Below, in pieces: positions 55,723-64,000 of a stretch of 64,000 bases of DNA; within the stretch, counting starts at the first letter, position 1, and every line of letters begins with the position of its first letter. Location of the stretch: assembly GCF_009914755.1 (NCBI RefSeq), contig NC_060947.1; one strand, 5' to 3'. The DNA is from the human T2T-CHM13v2.0 reference genome, Homo sapiens. The translations under genes and the position numbers were made by a program. The notes beneath the pieces were generated by a model that saw only the letters and a program-made list of their open reading frames with translations, had not been told where the DNA came from and searched no databases.

Positions 55723-57894
55723 AGCATACACCAAGGTAAGTCATTGTTCCTGATGGGATTAGACAGAAATGATCACCCCAAGTCCCTGAGCAGAAGCCCT
55801 GAAACCCACTTCCATCCTTACATGAACCCATAGGTGGGAAGCTTCAAGCCTCAAAATAGGGGATTTTAAATGCAATGTGTATTCTTATTGTGGGAAATTT
55901 GTAAGAGTTGAGGATGGCCCACAGCCTCTAAAATACCTCCGTCAAAAGTCCTGTCACTGCTCTTCCTTGAATTCCTAAGTAGTCGAGAGATAAAGTGAGC
56001 TCTGGAGGGTTAATTACACCTTCTAGACAGAGCTTGTAACGTTAATTACGTTTAGGATTGCATCTGTCATTGTAGACTTGCATTGGGTCTGGAAGTGTTG
56101 ACTGAGGAGAACATGCTTTTCACAGCTAATTTTTTTTTTTAATTGCTGCATAACAACTTCATAGCAACAACAAGGAAAATGCATGAGAGAAAAAATGACC
56201 CCAATCCCCCGGCATTAATGCATCAAGTGCAGTGCAATTATTTTTCCTCACCTCTTTTTATGTGGAACATGCCTTCTTTATGCCATTTGAATGACACAGT
56301 AGTTTCTAGAAGATCTATGTACTTGTTACTATTGGCGGTAGACCATGAGGCTTCAGTGGGGTATGACACCAACACCAGCCCACAAGACACAGCAGATGGG
56401 GTCTCCTGGGCCAAGATGAATAGAGCTGCCTCTCGTGGGATGTGAGGTCCAAGGTGTGGTTCAGGAAGGGCAGAGCCTGGGCAAACCACCTTGTGTATCC
56501 TTACCTGCCTCTCGGCCCGGTCTACTTGCTAATGCTCTTATACAATGGAGTTATGGTGAGTGTGAACACACAAGAGAGTTTGACAAGGAGCCAGAATTCA
56601 GAAAATGGCAATGGGCAGCTTGGAAGATGTGTGTTGGAGAGGGCACAGACCCACCTCTGCACCCTGCTTCCCTGAGGGTGGCTTGTAGACTGCTCATTTG
56701 AACGTGGGGTTCAGTAGCTTTTCTCTGCCTCCTGGAAAACAGTCCCTGACCAGCTGCCAGCAATGCAGTGCCCTAGGGAGCCAGGGCCTAGAGCAATTGA
56801 TCCTGTGTATCAGATCCAGATGGTAACTCAGTGTTTACTAGGCAAGCTTTGCAGGTGGGCAGCGGGATGGGGAGGTGCGGGACCTGCCTGGCCTCACCTA
56901 TTGCTCAGTAGTTCTGGTTGTGGTATGGTTCACAGGCCTCTATATGTTTCATGCTTCCAGAAAAAATTAGACTTTCAGCCTTCTCCATATGGGTTTAAAG
57001 AGAATGAGAGTGAAAGCTTCAAAACCTTCTTGAATAGTCTCAGAACTCCCAAAATGTTTCTTCTACCACATTCCATAGGTTGAAGCAAGTCACAGGCCAG
57101 CCTAGATTCATGGGGATGGAGAAACAGACTCTATCTCTTGAAGGAAGGAGTGGCAAAGTCACAGTGCAAAGGGCTGAGCATCCAGGGAAGGGAGAAACTT
57201 CTGTGGCCTTTATTGCAATCAGTCTACCAGTCTACTTGGAATCAGTATTTTACCACTTCAAGTGCCAGAGAATTGTTCTGGAGTACTAAGCCATGTAAGG
57301 ACTCACCACTCCTTCTCTATCCATTTTAAATGACATCCAGATGTTTCCCTCTGGCAATGGTTGCTTGTCATGCTTAGTAACTGATTCTCATGGTTAAATG
57401 GTAAGTCTGAGAAACAGGCCATGAGAAACATGGGCTGGGAATTGAGCAGTACCATTAGTTGTACATAAATATGTTCATTAGCGTTCTTGCTTTCAGACAA
57501 CATAATGCACTCTTAACTAGTTTAAATTAGCAGACACTTATTACAGGGTATTAGGTATAATACAGAATCTGTGGAACAACTGATGGAACAAACTGGAGGC
57601 TGGACTTTTTGGGCCAACTCTGATGGAGTTGCCAGGGAGAGCTCACAACCATGCTTCATCTGCTACTACCACAGGAAGCTGCTGCTATGAGCCTCGCTCC
57701 CAGAATCTGAGTCTGCTGCTGCACACCAAGAAAGTGGATGCCCCTGTGGCCTGCCTCTGTCCATATTTAACTTACCTTCAAATCAAAGCCTAGCACACTT
57801 GCATCTGATTGGTAGAACCTAAGTCATAGGTCTACACCTTAGTGGCAAGAGAAGCTGGGATAGGCACCGAGTTTTTTGGGAGAGGGACGGGTAC

Positions 57895-59405
<1,511 letters not shown>

Positions 59406-59406
59406 T

Positions 59407-59863
59407 GTTGGGAGAGGCAATTCACCATGGGCCATGTGTATCCCTGCACATTCTTTCTGCGTAAGGCTCCAACCACTCTTTACCCTGGCCATTTATCAGG
59501 GTTGTGTTAGCTGTGAACAATCTTGAGGAGTGAGTTGTCTCACCACAGGCAATGAACGGGCTTGCTTCTGCTTGTTATAAAAGCAGTGAATCTCCCAAGC
59601 TCAGTGTTCTTCTATAACACAGGCCCATTGCATATGCAGGCACCCATCATGGGCCCTTCACATCACCCCCACGGGATTGAGGTGCATGGAGACTGGCACA
59701 AGCATCATACAAACTCTGGCTATTTCTTTTACAGTGAATAGTAAAGTCCCTTGTCACTGATTCTGTAGTCTCATGTTTTCTGCCAGCATCCATGAAACAG
59801 TAACAGGCTAACTTGTCAATTTGTAAGTAGGATAAAATCTTAGATTCTGCACAGTGCTTGATA
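59407..59863 (+). mobile_element. LTR40-like ERVL LTR
   Basis: TGTTGGGAGAGGCAATTCACCATGGG start; TATAAAA; GTAAGTAGGATAAAATCTTAGA near the end. Confidence 0.72.
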
Positions 59864-60038
59864 GTTTTGGCAATATGGATGGAATACTGATAGAGACATA
59901 GATTTCTGGAAGAGAAAGAATGAATGCCCACACATGCCAGGTTAGGGGATATAAGAAGACTTCCTGGGACCCAGTAGTGACTTCTTTTGCCCAAATGGTG
60001 GGGAAGTGAGAAGGAGTAGGAATCACTGCTATCCTACC

Positions 60039-60756
<718 letters not shown>

Positions 60757-60761
60757 CTACA

Positions 60762-61121
60762 TGCATTAGTCCGTTTTCACGCTGCTGATAAAGATACCTG
60801 AGACTGGGCAATTTACAAAAGAAGGAGGTTTATTGGACTTACAGTTGTACATGGCTGGGGAGGCCTCACAATCATGGCAGATGGTGAAAGGCATGTCTCA
60901 CATGCCAGCGGCAAGAGACAGAATGAGAGCCAAGGAAACGGGTTTCCTTGTATAAAACCATCAGATCTCATGAGACTTATTCACTATCATGAGGACAGTA
61001 TGGGGAAAACTGTCTCCATGATTCAATTATTTCCCACTGGGTCCCTCCCACAACAAGTGGGAATTATGGGAGTACAATTCAAGATGAGATTTGGGTGGGG
61101 ACATAGAGCCAAACCGTATCA
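60762..61121 (-). mobile_element. THE1B/C-like MaLR LTR
   Basis: TTAGTCCGTTTTCACGCTGCTGATAAAGA...GCCAAACCGTATCA. Confidence 0.9.
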
Positions 61122-61345
61122 CTATTACCTGATCATGAACGTTAGAAACTAAATGAGAATAAGTAAGACTGAAACAAGCCACCTCGTTGGTACCTTATTC
61201 CTTGATCCCTCTCCTCCAGGTGGGCAGAGGAAGGGATATTATCATGACAATGGGAACAGTAAGCCTAGGAGCCCTAGTTAGAAAAGAATATGGCTATGGC
61301 TGCTGAGTCAAGGGGTTAGCTAAGCTGAAAGAAAGTCAGAAATGA

Positions 61346-61895
<550 letters not shown>

Positions 61896-62699
61896 TAGGG
61901 TGGAACTCAAACATGTATGGGTTGGTTGGAAACAGGCATCTAAGTCATCATCCTACCCAGTCCTATGGCAGGAGAGGGCACTGGGCACAGAGGTAGCCAT
62001 TGGCATTGAGGTATCCAGGGTAGAGCTGTGGCATGTGAGGAGGCAGAAAATAAGTGTCCCTGAGGAGGTGGCACCCATCCTGAGGCTAGGAGCCTCCCTG
62101 ATGGCTCCAGCCACTCCTCATGGGCTGCACTCTTCCCTCTTCCCATTCCCCCTCCCATAGTTGGAACTCCTGGACAGGAGATAAACTCCTGGCAGCTGCT
62201 TTTGTAACTCCCGAAGTGCAAGTGTTAAACTCCTTTGTCTGTGTTCCCACAGGGAACAAAAAAATCTGAACTCAACTGATAAGGTGTGAGCAAAACTCTC
62301 AGTGAAGAAAAGCAGTTAAAGTGACTTTATGGGTGAGAGCCTCTATGCTAATTCAATCTACCGTTATTAAAACATAGGAGGAAATTGATATGATAAATGC
62401 TTATACTAGAAATGTTCATAAAGCGTCAGAGGAAATTCTCCCATTTAGGGCACTGACACAAGCAGAGAAGTACTACTGGGACAAACTCCCCTGCCATTTG
62501 CCACCATGGGGGTGGAGTGGGGGTCAGCATTTATTGTGAGTGCCTTTATTCTCTGATGTCCAGAGCTTTCACTGTATAGATTATGTCCTGGTGGTTGGCA
62601 AGTTGGAATTCTCCAAATTAACGGCCCTGACTGCACTGTTATTACACTTCCACTCAATGGGCAGAATTCAAGGCTGCTCTCATAAGTCTGACCAATACT

Positions 62700-63480
62700 G
62701 CCCTTGATAACACTTGTTATATTTTTACTGACGTGCGACTGTTGCTAATGGTCTAGACTTTTGTCTTTCAAAGACAGTAGAAAGACTACAGACTGGTAGA
62801 CTAAAGACACCTCTCTTTGGAATCGTAACTGTAGAAACAAATTGTGGATGCTGATGGGACAATGTGGGTCACTCATAGAGATGCACAAAGTAAGGGCCTG
62901 CTTTCTGATGAGATCAACTAAATTCAAGCTGACGATCAAATCTACACTGCCCAGACTGCCATCACACATGGCAACACATCTGGTATCAGGGACTGGGCAC
63001 AGAGTAAAGGACCTGATGTTTCTGATGCAGAAGCCACTACAACATGCCAGACTTATGACTCTTGCCAAAAGTTGACCTGTTTTTCTTGCAACAAAAGAGG
63101 CCACATTGCTTGGGGGCATTGACCCCTATTGGCTTCTGACAGATTGGCTACATCAGAGTGACTACTACATTGACTGTCTCCCTTAGTGCTACCAATGTTC
63201 TCTTCACTTTTAATAATGTTTCAGTTTACATGTTGCTGTTCCAGTGTAATCAGCCAACTCCAACAACACCATTGAGGCTCCTGAGTCTTAGCTATGTTAT
63301 GTTTTCAGCTTTCCAACCTATTTTCAGTCTGACAATGGTGCAACCTTTTTTTTTTTCTCAAATGTCACCCAGTAATGAGCCGATAGTCAAAGTACTTGAT
63401 GAACATTCCACACTCCTTACCATCCACTGGTATCTGGTATTGCTGAGTGATGGAACAATGTCTGATCCTACTTCTACTTG
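62700..63480 (+). mobile_element. Decayed ERVL-like pol (RNaseH/integrase) remnant
   Basis: Manual translation: DWAQSKG, CQTYDSCQK, *QIGYI, QSDNGATF, *TFHTPYHPLVSGIAE*WN. Confidence 0.8.
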
Positions 63481-64000
63481 GCCCACACAGAGTAGTAGGA
63501 CAATTTAGTCACTGAATGTGGATGTCCCCAAAAAGTGACCTCTTGGCTGCCTTCTGTGCAAGGATCAGAATACAAGATTGGGAGGCAAGTGGGGAGTGAG
63601 TGGGGAAAAGGTGAAGCTATAGGTACTCGGATGGGACATACTGATTATGTGGCAGTGGAGGGAAAGTGCCGACCCTGGTACTTTGGGAGAGAACACCTTA
63701 GATATTGGGAGATGCAAGGATCAGGGGCAAGGCAATTAATGTTCTCTTTGTCCTCTAGATCCAGCACTGATTGTCACCTGAGCCAAGCAGCAGCTGTGCT
63801 GGCAATCTGACCTGCTGCTGAATTTGTAATTTCCTTCTATGTGCTATGAAAACAGAAAAACTTATGTGGATATGACTGATCTGGAACTATTTTGTTATGC
63901 CTGATGCCATCAATGACAGCTCTGTAAAGTGAATATGTACGGACACATGATCCAGTGCAAGAGCGTTTCACTGTAATGCAAAGTTATATGTTTCTTTCTC

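Overview
Human/great-ape-type genomic DNA, extremely rich in repeats (about 55 Alu copies or fragments, plus L1, L2, MIR, ERV1/ERVL/MaLR LTRs, DNA transposons and one SVA). I find no intact protein-coding exon. A CpG-island promoter at about 1.8-2.5 kb drives a minus-strand gene whose non-coding first exon ends at a strong donor (2290); from recall it resembles MOSPD1 (Xq26.3), which I cannot verify here. The remainder is upstream intergenic DNA. It holds a processed HMGB3 pseudogene interrupted by an SVA and an Alu, a U6 retrocopy, a cryptic tailless U2 fragment, an LTR12, two independent LTR7 solo LTRs and a decayed ERVL integrase. I see no convincing new biological system. The best observations are retrotransposition and rearrangement scars readable from target-site duplications (TSDs): an Alu+HMGB3 unit sharing one TSD, a four-level nest, an inverted/duplicated L1, an internally deleted L1 and a long SVA hexamer. 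Repeat subfamily names come from recall of consensus sequences. Boundaries without a stated TSD are approximate.
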